Positions 8,885 to 18,800 of a DNA stretch of 64,000 nt are shown piece by piece. The notes under the pieces were generated by a model, which saw only the letters and a list, made by a program, of their open reading frames with translations, had not been told where the DNA came from and did not search any database. The stretch's first letter is position 1. Every line of letters starts with the position of its first letter. The stretch spans positions 23,524 through 87,523 of the IMG/VR virus record IMGVR_UViG_3300035663_000004; one strand, given 5' to 3'. Source of the DNA: a virus. A program made the translations under genes and the position numbers.

Positions 8885-8958
8885 AGCCTGCCTCGTCAGG
8901 TGCGGGGGGCAAGTTCCGCACTACGCCGCGGGGTCGCGGCGTTTCGGCTTATCGGGCT
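8885..8958 (-). ncRNA. type II hammerhead self-cleaving ribozyme
   Basis: Minus strand AGCCCGAUAA GCC GAAA CGCCGCG ACCC CGCGGCG UA^ GUGCGG AACUUGCCCC CCGCAC CUGACGA GGC AGGCU: complete CUGAnGA/GAAA core, GUA triplet, three closed stems. Confidence 0.93.
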
Positions 8959-9077
8959 ATCCGAGTCCCGCAGCCTTCGCCGACTTTGCCGATGCCGTGG
9001 GAAGTTGCGCAGGATTGCAGGCAGATGGCACCGAAAATAAGCGCGAAAACAAAAGTAACAAAAGTAGATTTTTTCAT
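8949..9077 (-). CDS. 42-aa predicted lipoprotein (not in ORF track)
   Basis: MKKSTFVTFVFALIFGAICLQS-CATSHGIGKVGEGCGTRIAR; lipobox LQSC; first gene after promoter. Confidence 0.7.
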   Translation of the reverse strand: MKKSTFVTFVFALIFGAICLQSCATSHGIGKVGEGCGTRIAR

Positions 9078-9117
9078 GGCGTAAAAATAAATTTAACTGT
9101 TAAATAAAATGATAGCA

Positions 9118-9150
9118 CAAAGATAAGGGCGCTTTTTGCATCTGTCAAGT
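9118..9150 (-). promoter_or_regulatory. Bacteroidota sigmaA promoter driving the early operon
   Basis: TATCTTTG (9118-9125, minus) with TTGACA upstream. Confidence 0.7.
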
Positions 9151-9160
9151 ATTTTTTCCC

Positions 9161-9179
9161 TGTTAACATTTCATTAACA
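9161..9179. promoter_or_regulatory. TGTTAA-N7-TTAACA operator-like site, copy 2
   Basis: TGTTAACATTTCATTAACA. Confidence 0.6.
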
Positions 9180-9657
9180 AATAGGAATATAGTAATAATA
9201 GGAACGCGCGCGCGCGTATGTGTGTGCGGGCTGCGCTGTCCTTCTCCCTACCTTTGCCCCTACCTTTCTCCTTACCTGAATTACGGGCAGCGCGTGGAGT
9301 ATTGCGCGCGCTGGTCGCGTTCGCTGCGCCGGTGCCGTCCGTCTGTGCGCGCGTCTGCTGCTGCTGCTATCTTTTGGCCTACTCTTTTCCCTTGTTTCTT
9401 TTTGCGCGGTTATTTAATGCGCTGGGCTGCAATACATTACGCGCGTTTGTTGAATGTATGCGTATTAATGCAAGTTTGTTTTGCGCCTCCATTTAAGCGA
9501 TTCCGGCCGAGCTTGCGCACGAATCGCGCGCGCCGGATATATAGGAAACGCGCGCCCGGGGTGGTTTGCGATTTCGATTTCGGAACGCCGCCGACCGCCC
9601 CACCACCTATACATCAACCGGCAGCGTGTATCCTAATTAAAAAAAACAAGAAAAAAA

Positions 9658-9689
9658 TTTGCTATCAATAATAATCGCCTGTATCTTTG
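9658..9689 (+). promoter_or_regulatory. Bacteroidota promoter for the rightward operon
   Basis: TTTG at 9658 and TATCTTTG at 9682-9689. Confidence 0.7.
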
Positions 9690-9718
9690 CCACACATTTT
9701 TTAACTAAAAACAAAACT

Positions 9719-9829
9719 ATGCAGCAACAACAACGCTATCGAACTCCAATCCTGCCATGGATTCTACTGCTCACTTCCGCCTTGGCTTTGGCCTGTTTCT
9801 TTGTCGAGGCAAAATCGTTAACAATCTAA
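9719..9829 (+). CDS. 36-aa hydrophobic peptide
   Basis: MQQQQRYRTPILPWILLLTSALALACFFVEAKSLTI, first ORF after promoter. Confidence 0.45.
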   Translation: MQQQQRYRTPILPWILLLTSALALACFFVEAKSLTI

Positions 9830-9842
9830 AAAACAATCGACA

Positions 9843-10217
9843 ATGTTTACAGAAAAAGACCTTGTTGCTTTTGGAAACTATGTTGTTTCCGACCAGTTCA
9901 TTTTTGACTCCGCCTTTGCGTTCGGCTTCGGCCTGTCCAACATGGACAACATCACGGACGAAGACTTGTCGCTATTCCATTCCAACCATGACCGCCTGCT
10001 GGAGGCTGAAGTTGTCGGGTCATACACCAAAACTCAAATGGTGTCTTTTGCCCGCTATATGCGCAGCGATGAACGCGCTCAGCGGATCATGGATTTGATT
10101 ACTGACCCGGAAACTTTTGAACTAAATGAGGACGAATTGATGAGCGGCTATCTGATTGCGATGCGACAGGTAAGTGATGCCGACATTGAAAACTGGAAAC
10201 TGTTGGCGTATGCTTAA
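9843..10217 (+). CDS. hypothetical protein with internal duplication
   Basis: FTEKDLVAFGNYVVSD..ITDEDL versus YTKTQMVSFARYMRSD..VSDADI. Confidence 0.7.
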   Translation: MFTEKDLVAFGNYVVSDQFIFDSAFAFGFGLSNMDNITDEDLSLFHSNHDRLLEAEVVGSYTKTQMVSFARYMRSDERAQRIMDLITDPETFELNEDELMSGYLIAMRQVSDADIENWKLLAYA

Positions 10218-10563
10218 TTGGAAGTTTTTGGCCTTTCAGGCGGTTGCGTGTTTTTTTTACCACGTTTCGCTGGAAATGTACGAATTTGACGCTCGGACGT
10301 TTGCCTGGATATTCATGTTGGTTTTCGATATGCTTTTATTTCCGCTCCCGCTGGTCGTTCTTTTGTCGTACATGGTTTTACAAGGTCAATCTATTTCGGG
10401 CTGGAGTCGTTTGGTTCACGCGCTTTATGCGGCCAACGTTTTGTCTGTACTATGGCGTTACCAATCTGAAGTATTAAACCCTTTGGTTGTATTTGCTATC
10501 ATTATTTTTTTAACAACTTATACAATTTTACTACGTTATGGGTTACTACCCTCAGTCAGATAA
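10210..10563 (+). CDS. multi-pass membrane protein
   Basis: About four hydrophobic segments; likely start MLNWKF. Confidence 0.6.
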   Translation: MLNWKFLAFQAVACFFYHVSLEMYEFDARTFAWIFMLVFDMLLFPLPLVVLLSYMVLQGQSISGWSRLVHALYAANVLSVLWRYQSEVLNPLVVFAIIIFLTTYTILLRYGLLPSVR

Positions 10564-12130
10564 GACAAAGTTTTGTCAAGGCGTTGAAATGATGCTCCGT
10601 GTTGTTGGTTCAACGATGGGGCCGGGCGGGAATCCGGTTCTTGAATGCGCCGGGCTGGATGCTTCGTATCGTCGCCTCATCCGGGACGGCAAAGAAACGC
10701 TGAAACTGATTCAGCCGAACGACCCGGAAATGTATGAGCCTATTGCCCGAATGAAAGATGTCGCGGAGGCTGTCGTCCGGCGTGCTGGCGACGCCACAAG
10801 TACGGCTACGATCATTTTGGGCAGCGCTTTTCTTCATATCGAAAAGGCTATTAAGGATCACCCGGAACTGAACCGGAGCCGTATTGCCTTTCACGTTCGG
10901 CAGGCTTCAAAGATTGCTTTGGCTGAACTTGAAAAGCGCAAATTGCAGGTTACTACAAGTCAGGACTTGGAGAACGTTGCAACGATTTGCGCGGCCGGGG
11001 ATCGTGAAATCGGGTCTGTTATCGGTTCGATGATTGAAAAGATTGGTGCGGACGGGACTGTCAAGGTTGAATACCACGACAAACCGGGTGTTGAGGCGGT
11101 AATTGTTCCGGGCTACAAGTTCCAGGGCGGTGTGTACGGCATTGACCAATACAATGGTCGGCGCGGCCTCGAATTGGACAACCCTCGTGTTGTCGTTGTC
11201 GGCGACGAAACGGGTTTGGTGGATTACAAGATGGATGTTGCCCCTATTTTGGCGGAAGCGCAAAAGTTTGGCGACAACCGTCCGCTGGTGGTATTCGTGT
11301 TGTCTGCCGAAGGGTCTGCCCGCGCTACGTTGCTTCGTCCTTTTGTAAATGGTGCGGATGGCAACACGTTCCGTGCGCCTGTTTGGCTGGTTCGCATTGG
11401 TGCTGGCGGTGTAAATACCTGCGCGGACATTAGTGCTGTTACCGGGGCAACCTTGTTTGGCAAGTTGAACGGCAAAATGATTTCCAAGATCAAGGATTCG
11501 GACTTTGGCGAAGCGGCTTCGATTGTTGCTACTACGGAATCCGTAACGATTGTTTCTTCGGACGATCAAAAGGCGTCTGTAAAGGATTATGTGAAGCGGT
11601 TGGAGGCTTCGATTGCCGAACATCCGGAGCTGGAGGAAAAAACGCGCGAACGCATTGCTGCGGTAACGGGGGGTGTTGGATTGATTCGCGTTCCGGCTTC
11701 TACGCAATCTTCCGGCTTCTACTATCAGGAGGTTGTTGACGACGCTTGGCGGGCTACGCGGGCGGCTATCAACGGCGGTGTTTTGCCTGGCGGCGGGGCT
11801 GCGTTATCAGGTGTTGCTGAAAATCTATTCTCGATTCATGCAACGGCTTGGTCGGAGGAGGCATTGGTGTACGATGCCATTGGTCATGCCTTTTACGGTG
11901 TATTGAAGACGGTGTGTAACAATGCCGGATTTGAAGTTGACTGGGGTAATATTGAATTTGGTTATGGTAAGACTTACGACATTGTTTCCGGTGAAATGAA
12001 TGTAAGCTCGCTTGAGTGCGGGGTAATTGATTCTGCTCCTGCGATTATGGCTGCTGTTGAATTGGCTTTGGCTGAACTTGCTTTGTGGGTCAATTCGGAG
12101 TATTTGTTGGTTCAAAAATTTGAGCAATGA
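10538..12130 (+). CDS. groL: phage-encoded group I chaperonin (divergent GroEL)
   Basis: STMGPGG, AGDATSTAT, VATICA, IG.DG.V.VE, ERIA...GGVG.I.V, ATRAAI.GGVLPGGG.AL, GVID; 530 aa. Confidence 0.92.
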   Translation: MGYYPQSDKTKFCQGVEMMLRVVGSTMGPGGNPVLECAGLDASYRRLIRDGKETLKLIQPNDPEMYEPIARMKDVAEAVVRRAGDATSTATIILGSAFLHIEKAIKDHPELNRSRIAFHVRQASKIALAELEKRKLQVTTSQDLENVATICAAGDREIGSVIGSMIEKIGADGTVKVEYHDKPGVEAVIVPGYKFQGGVYGIDQYNGRRGLELDNPRVVVVGDETGLVDYKMDVAPILAEAQKFGDNRPLVVFVLSAEGSARATLLRPFVNGADGNTFRAPVWLVRIGAGGVNTCADISAVTGATLFGKLNGKMISKIKDSDFGEAASIVATTESVTIVSSDDQKASVKDYVKRLEASIAEHPELEEKTRERIAAVTGGVGLIRVPASTQSSGFYYQEVVDDAWRATRAAINGGVLPGGGAALSGVAENLFSIHATAWSEEALVYDAIGHAFYGVLKTVCNNAGFEVDWGNIEFGYGKTYDIVSGEMNVSSLECGVIDSAPAIMAAVELALAELALWVNSEYLLVQKFEQ

Positions 12131-12441
12131 TAATAGTAACTGAAAAGGAGTTCAAGGCCATGCAGCCCGGACTAAACCGGGTATTGGTTATTCCGGACGT
12201 TGACGATCACGTTGACGCCGCTACGGGCATTCAGATTGCGCGTGACGAAAGCGAGCGCGAACAGGGTGTTATTGTGGCTTCTTCTGATGACGCCGTAAAG
12301 GCCGGGTATAAGGTAGGCGACCATATTGTGTATGCCAAGACAAGCATGGAGGTTTTTGAGTGCGAGGTTAATTTTGGTGACAGGGTTAATACGCTTCGGC
12401 TTCGTGTTGTTGACTGGCACGATATTGCTTTAAAATATTAG
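12127..12441 (+). CDS. groS: GroES-like co-chaperonin
   Basis: MQPGLNRVLV...TGIQI...QGVIVA...KVGDHIVY; ATGA-coupled to groL. Confidence 0.8.
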   Translation: MIIVTEKEFKAMQPGLNRVLVIPDVDDHVDAATGIQIARDESEREQGVIVASSDDAVKAGYKVGDHIVYAKTSMEVFECEVNFGDRVNTLRLRVVDWHDIALKY

Positions 12442-12445
12442 GCTT

Positions 12446-12739
12446 ATGACAAGATTGCAGCAAATTGGTGTTTTATTGATTGCCCTGCATATCGTGTTTA
12501 GTTTCACGGGTGTGTATCGGGCTGTTTCTGCTCCGAGTTACGATGTGTATGTTTACACGGGTAATCAGGGGTATTTGTTCAAGGACGTCCGGGTTGGTTT
12601 TTCCAACTTATGCGTTGTTCCGGACAGTTCCGGTGTTTTGGTTTTGTATTCCGGTGTTGCCGGGAAGGAAATATCTGTGTCGGGTGTAAAGAGTTGTGAT
12701 ATTGTTGCTGTACGAAAACCGCTTTTGTTCCCATGGTAG
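12446..12739 (+). CDS. N-terminally anchored hypothetical protein
   Basis: Hydrophobic N-terminus then beta-rich domain. Confidence 0.55.
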   Translation: MTRLQQIGVLLIALHIVFSFTGVYRAVSAPSYDVYVYTGNQGYLFKDVRVGFSNLCVVPDSSGVLVLYSGVAGKEISVSGVKSCDIVAVRKPLLFPW

Positions 12740-13434
12740 GAGATTTGTCTTTATATGTTGAAGTCGCTCCGGTTGGGGACGTTTCTTTTGACAAGGACAC
12801 GGGGGTGTTGGTCAATGATTTTGTGGATGTCCATATTCTGCGTTCCCTGCTTGTCCGTGTTGTTTCCATACCGGGGCGGCTTCCGTATTATCGCCATGAG
12901 GTAGAGGCTGTTGGTTCGATGTACAAAAAGAGCAAGTCTCGGTTTGTGTCGGAATGGTCTCAACGGATGACGCACCGTAGTTGCGAGTACGATGTTCCTG
13001 TTGAGGTGTCTGTTGGGGACTTGGTTTTAATGCAGCACTTACCGAATTTGGAGCAGCCGGAAGGTGTGCGGTATGTTAGGTACGATCAGCTGGTTGCCCG
13101 GCTTATGAAGTTATCCGGGGGGTTGTATCCTTTGAATGGCCACCTGTTGTTGCGAATGCCGGAAGACGAAAAGGGGTATATTGATCCTAAGTATAAGTGG
13201 CGAAATTCTTTGACGCGCGGTGAAGTGATTGCGCAAGGGTGTGCGGTAAGGGGGTACAAGCGTTGGCCTGGGTTTCGGGACAAAGTTTCTGAAAACTGGG
13301 TTGGCAGGACGGTTTATTTCCGGCCTTACAGCGCGGTTAGGATTGAGAATGATACGCACCGGACGATGGATTATTCTTCTCCGTGGCCATATTATCGAAT
13401 TAGCAAGCCGCAAATCTTATCATGGACGGACTAA
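12733..13434 (+). CDS. putative tandem GroES-like domain protein
   Basis: VVSIP..VEVSVGDLV..YVRYDQL and YPLNGHLLL..RGEVIAQG..VGRTVYF. Confidence 0.5.
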   Translation: MVGDLSLYVEVAPVGDVSFDKDTGVLVNDFVDVHILRSLLVRVVSIPGRLPYYRHEVEAVGSMYKKSKSRFVSEWSQRMTHRSCEYDVPVEVSVGDLVLMQHLPNLEQPEGVRYVRYDQLVARLMKLSGGLYPLNGHLLLRMPEDEKGYIDPKYKWRNSLTRGEVIAQGCAVRGYKRWPGFRDKVSENWVGRTVYFRPYSAVRIENDTHRTMDYSSPWPYYRISKPQILSWTD

Positions 13435-14063
13435 CGGGTGTACTGCAATTTGACACGACAAAGATGCGGATTGATCCGCAGGCAAGCGGGATGCTTTGGG
13501 AACGGTATCCGGAACTTGCTATGCGGAAAAACCTTTGCAGTATTGATACGTTTACATTTAGTCAGTTAGATGAGGAGCCTGTTTCTTTGCAGGATTTGAA
13601 TAAAACGATTATCTTTGTGGCGTATTTCTGCGATCCGGGCAGTCCGTTTTTTTCGGAGGTTGTTTTGGATCACCGCATGAAGGTTTGTTTGGATGCGGCT
13701 GGAATTACGGGTAGGTTGAGGACGCTGGTTTTGTCGCGGCATTGGTGGGTTTCGAGGGTTATGACAGAATATTTGAAATTAGTGCATAGCCATGAGTTTG
13801 AGTTGTGGTTGAGTTTGTCAATGGACTATGCGGAAAAAATGGCATATTTGCGGCTACCGCTTACATCTTTTGTTGACAATATGGAAAGCGCAATGAATGC
13901 CCGCGATAAGGTACAGAAAAGCGCTCCGGCGCTGAAGGATGAAATCAAAAAGTTAGAGACAAAGTTGTTCCCGAATGCCTATGTAGTGGATGCGGCTGTG
14001 GAAACAATAACAGCGGACGGTATAGGGGGTTGGGCGGAATACTTTGCGATGGATAAAGAATGA
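13422..14063 (+). CDS. hypothetical phage protein (helical C-terminus)
   Basis: FVAYFCDPGSPF motif; coiled-coil C-terminal half. Confidence 0.6.
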   Translation: MDGLTGVLQFDTTKMRIDPQASGMLWERYPELAMRKNLCSIDTFTFSQLDEEPVSLQDLNKTIIFVAYFCDPGSPFFSEVVLDHRMKVCLDAAGITGRLRTLVLSRHWWVSRVMTEYLKLVHSHEFELWLSLSMDYAEKMAYLRLPLTSFVDNMESAMNARDKVQKSAPALKDEIKKLETKLFPNAYVVDAAVETITADGIGGWAEYFAMDKE

Positions 14064-14089
14064 ATTTTTTAAAAATAAAATCAAGTAGT

Positions 14090-14533
14090 ATGAAATTCAA
14101 AGCACTTCTTTTCTTTTTTGCCTTTTTTTGTGCGGCTTTTGTCTCCGCGCAATCAAACGCATCAAAAGTCGTTCCGTGGGTTCAAAACGGCGACTCTCTT
14201 TCCGAAAACACGACTCTGGCCTATGAGCTTGCCATTGGCGGAACAATTGATAAAACAAAACTGTGGAACTACTCAGTTATTGTTTTTGCCGATTCGATTT
14301 CCGGCGCCAACGCCGGGACGGTTCAACTTCAAATTTCCAACGATCCCGCCGGAACGGCCTCGCCTATTTGGTCTAATTATGGCACGGCTGGAACTATTGA
14401 CGGAACCGCAGATCAGTTTTTTAACTACGAAGGGACGCTCTATGCTCGCCGCCTCCGTGTTTTAATTACCTCTCCTGCCGGAACCCGAAAAACTGCTATT
14501 CGCCTGCGTGGGCTTTTCCGACAAGTTGAATAA
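14090..14533 (+). CDS. secreted beta-rich protein (Sec signal peptide)
   Basis: MKFKALLFFFAFFCAAFVSA|Q. Confidence 0.75.
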   Translation: MKFKALLFFFAFFCAAFVSAQSNASKVVPWVQNGDSLSENTTLAYELAIGGTIDKTKLWNYSVIVFADSISGANAGTVQLQISNDPAGTASPIWSNYGTAGTIDGTADQFFNYEGTLYARRLRVLITSPAGTRKTAIRLRGLFRQVE

Positions 14534-14598
14534 AGAAGTTCTGCTGCATACGTTACCGGGCGCACGAAACGGAAGTTATCGTGCGCCCACCTTTAAGA

Positions 14599-15846
14599 AT
14601 GAAAAAGTTATCTTTATTCATATTATTCTTAGGCTTTTTCTTCCGGTTGTTTAGTCAAGGGACTGTTTTGACAACGGAGGGCGGGAAGCCTGTTATGTTA
14701 AACCTCGACGAAATGCGCACGGTGCGCCCTGTTACGTCGGGGTCTTTGATTTTATACGGATCGGCATTGCGCGCTATTTACGTTTCTGAAACGCCTGCGC
14801 AAATTGCAGGATCGGGGTGCGGTCAAATAGCGCTTGTAAATACGACCGACGTTGGCAGGAATACGATTGTTGGCATTGGCGTTCGCCATATTGACGCGAT
14901 TCGGAAAACATCCGACGGCAAAGCGAGTATTGCAATGAATGCGACCAATATTCCGGCTATGAAAAGCGTGGAGGATTTTGAAGCGATTGTCTTGCGGATT
15001 GCGGTGTGTTCTACCGGCCCTGGAGGCAACGGGTCTTCTGCGGGCGGAGATCGGGACAGTATTGAAGCGATGGTTTATGTTCCGACTACCGGGCGGCTTT
15101 CACTTATAAATGAATCCGGGGATAGCATTAGCGTAGTTATAAACAATCAAACGCTGTCTGTAACAGGAGATAGTTTAAGTATTAGTTTTGGCAATAAAGT
15201 AAAACTGCCGTCAAAAAGCCTTTTGGATTTGGCATCTGAATTGCCATATTATGTTAGCGATTCCGCGGCGCTGGCTGCTGGTCTTGCTCCAGGCGCGCCC
15301 TATTTGTTGGAGTGCAATAATGACTACAATTTACCTTCCGGGCTTTTCAAGGTTGTAAAAATTTGTGGGTATGACTGTTTTATTGTTTTACGTTTTTATA
15401 CAAACGATGAGGAGGCTGCGTCTTCCGGGGTTCCTGTTGGCAGGGAATATGTTTTGGATGATGACAACGCTTTGGGGGTTCTTTACGGCTTCATTAAAGT
15501 TCTTACAAATGATACGCTAAGCACGGGCGGATTGATTTGCAATGACACGCTGCCTGTTTATGCGTCTGACGCTTTGGCTATATCCGGCGGCCTGGCTGTT
15601 GGAGATCAATATGAAACTTCTGACGAAAATACCTATGGCGCTCCTGCTGGAATTGGTCGTATGGTTTCGTCTTCAAATACTTTGTCCGGCACAACTCAGG
15701 TTTGCTGTGACGAAAATGACAATTTGCCTTTTTTCAGTAACGATTCGGCTGCTATTTCCGCCGGATTGTTGGCCGGAGAAAAGTATTATCTTTTAAAATC
15801 GAATACATACGGATGGCCGTATGGAACAAAAAAGACTGTTCAATGA
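14599..15846 (+). CDS. secreted Cys-containing protein with four ~45-55-aa LPxY..D..A...GL..G..Y repeats
   Basis: MKKLSLFILFLGFFFRLFS|Q; repeats LPYYVSDSAALAAGLAPGAPY, LRFYTNDEEAASSGVPVGREY, LPVYASDALAISGGLAVGDQY, LPFFSNDSAAISAGLLAGEKY. Confidence 0.8.
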   Translation: MKKLSLFILFLGFFFRLFSQGTVLTTEGGKPVMLNLDEMRTVRPVTSGSLILYGSALRAIYVSETPAQIAGSGCGQIALVNTTDVGRNTIVGIGVRHIDAIRKTSDGKASIAMNATNIPAMKSVEDFEAIVLRIAVCSTGPGGNGSSAGGDRDSIEAMVYVPTTGRLSLINESGDSISVVINNQTLSVTGDSLSISFGNKVKLPSKSLLDLASELPYYVSDSAALAAGLAPGAPYLLECNNDYNLPSGLFKVVKICGYDCFIVLRFYTNDEEAASSGVPVGREYVLDDDNALGVLYGFIKVLTNDTLSTGGLICNDTLPVYASDALAISGGLAVGDQYETSDENTYGAPAGIGRMVSSSNTLSGTTQVCCDENDNLPFFSNDSAAISAGLLAGEKYYLLKSNTYGWPYGTKKTVQ

Positions 15847-18800
15847 ATCAAAAGTTTTTCCTTTCCGCCTTGTTTGTTTTTTCCTGCGGCATTGCGGGCG
15901 CGCAGGGTATCGTAAAGGGTTCCGGCATCATTTACAGCGATTCGATTCCTACGCATAGTGTAGATACGCTAAAAGAAGCGGAAATTGCTTTGGATGTCCG
16001 CACCGGGAATTACTATCAATGGAGCCGCGATTCGGTCAAGTGGGTGTTCTCCGGATTTAGGGTTGAGATCAAGCCCGGCGCCTGTTCTGCCCCAACGTAC
16101 ATTCCGGGGCGCAATCAGTCTTATTTCGTTTCCGACACTTGCGGAACATTTTATTTTTACAACGACACGCTTTGGAGGCAGGTTAAGGGGACGATTGCAG
16201 ACGGAGATAAAGGAGATATAACGGTATCCGGAAACGGACTAAACTGGAATATTGACGCCGGAACGATTGGCGCTACCGAACTTGCGTCCACGTCTGTTGC
16301 TCCGGGAACGTACTCAAATGCTACGGTTACCGTTGACGCCGACGGTCGTATAACAAATGCCGTAAACGGGCCTACCGGCGCGCGCGGCATATATGATGGA
16401 TCGGGAACTACCGGAGATTCTACGGTTGTTGCAAGTATCAAAAAGGAAATTCAGTTTAGGTCTGATTCTACGGATGCTTCATTTTTGGTGGACTTTACGC
16501 CGAATGATCTGTATGGAACCAACGCGGCTGTTCGCCCGGACTCTTTGAACTTCCTGTTTTTTAATTTAACGGGTTCATCGCGTCTTGTTATTAAGTCGGA
16601 CGGCATTTCCGCTATTACAAATACGGCAAACCCGTCTTTGCGGCTTACCGGGAACCCTGCGATATACAGCGCGGACTACTCTCCGTTTACGGATCGTGAA
16701 TTGCCGGACTACGCGGCGGTAAAAAAAATCGTTGTAGATTCTGTACAGGTTATAACTGTAACAAACGACACGGCGTACTTGAGTCGGTCTGGAGGAATTA
16801 TTCCATTGAAAAAATACGCTCAGGTTATTGATACGTTTTCAAGGCTTAATGATACGCTTTTTATATCTTTGAGCAATGACAACGCCCCTGCTGTTAGTGC
16901 CATTATTGACGGTAGCTCAACAAATGAAATTCAGGACTTATCGTTATCCGGTCAAACGCTTTCTTTGAGCAATGACCCAACAACGGTGACGCTTCCGGTT
17001 ATTGGAGTATCCGGCGGAACAGGAATTACAACAAGTTCGTCGGGCGGCACGGTAACGGTGACAAACGCCGCGCCGGATCAAACCGTCTCAATTAGCGGAT
17101 CGGGTATTACAACCGTTACGGGAACTTATCCGGTCTTTACCGTCACCAGCACGGAAAACGACGGATCAACTTCAAATGAAGGTAGCCTTACAGTAGGAGC
17201 CGGAATAGCAACTACAAGCGTAATATCCTCAAATACAAGCGGAAGCACAAACGTCACCATTGAAGCCGGGTCTAATATAACGTTAAGTGAATCAGGAAAT
17301 ACAATTACGATTGCATCTACGGCTGCCGGGGTAACGGATGGAGATAAAGACGATATTACGGTTTCCGGCTCCGGCGCAAACTGGAATATTCGAAATGACT
17401 CGGTAACAAGCCCTAAAATATTGGACGGAACTATTGCGCTGGCAGACATGGGCGCTAACAGCGTGGACTCAACAAAGGTGGGCGACAAAACGCTTAGTCT
17501 TAGTGATCTCAACGGGGCATGGGGGGTACAAAATGGATTCGTGTTGAAATGGAATGGGTCTAACTGGCGACCCGGGGCGGATAATACCGGGGCGGACGGG
17601 AACGGCATTTATGGCGGCGACGGAGATATACCAACCGGCACCGACGCGACATTGCCGCTCAATAGTTTTTTTAGGTTTGAATGGCCAAGCGGAAATACAG
17701 CCTTTATAATGGATGATTTTGGCGACACGGTTTATTTGGCCGACCCTTCGCTGGCTTCTTCTGTTTTGGTTTCCGCTTCAAAGGTCGGCCTTCGCTCAAC
17801 AGGGAATATCGAACTTTGGGGTGGCACGGGCGGCGCTAAACTTCGGATGTTAGAACCGACGGGATCGGGAACTAACTATACTGAAATTCAGGTCGGCGCA
17901 CAGTCAACGGACATAACTTATACTTTGCCAACAACAACCGGATCGAATGGTCAATACCTGCAATTTACGACTGGCGGCCAGTTGCAATGGTCAACGGTGG
18001 CGGCCGGGGTAACGGATGGAGATAAAGACGATATTACGGTTTCCGGCTCCGGCGCAAACTGGAACATACGCAACGATTCAGTAACAAGCCCAAAGATATT
18101 AGACGGGACGATTGCGCTGGTGGACATGGGCGCAAATAGTGTTGACTCAACAAAAATAGGCGACAAAACTGTAAGCCTTAGCGATCTTAATGGTGCGTGG
18201 GGCGCAAATGCAGGATCGGTGCTAAAATGGGACGGGAACAACTGGAGGCCGGGAACAGACAATAATACCGACGCGCAAACGCTATCTATTAATAGTACAA
18301 CGGTAGGCAGTAGCGAGCGGTTTGCTGTTTCGATTTCCAGCGGGAATACGGTTAATTTTGACGTACCACAAGGGACGGTTACCTCGGTTGGTATCACTCA
18401 ACCCGCTGCCGGAATAACAGTAACTAATAGCCCTGTAACAACAAGCGGAAATATAAGCCTTGCGCTTGCAAATGACCTTGGCGCGGTTGAAGGGCTTACC
18501 ACGAACGGTATTGCGGTGCGGACTGGTGACAACACATGGACAACAAGAAGTATAGCGGGCGCGGCGGACCCTTCATCCACCGCATTACCTACTATAAACG
18601 ATTTTAATGGCGTCAATGGTAACCCCACAATATCAATAAGCACATCAACAAGCACCACAAAACTAACGGCGCTTGTTGCTACAACCGCTAACATTACATT
18701 AAGCGGGACGCAAACGATTGATGGTGTTGCGCTAAGTGCAGACAACAGGGTGCTGGTTAAAAACCAAAATACAGCGAGCCAAAATGGCTTATATGTAGTT

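Noticed and set aside
9218-9671. ORFs of 92 and 149 aa in the divergence region, and the many antisense ORFs over B genes
   Set aside because: Low-complexity or shadow frames of GC-rich genes with no recognisable motifs.
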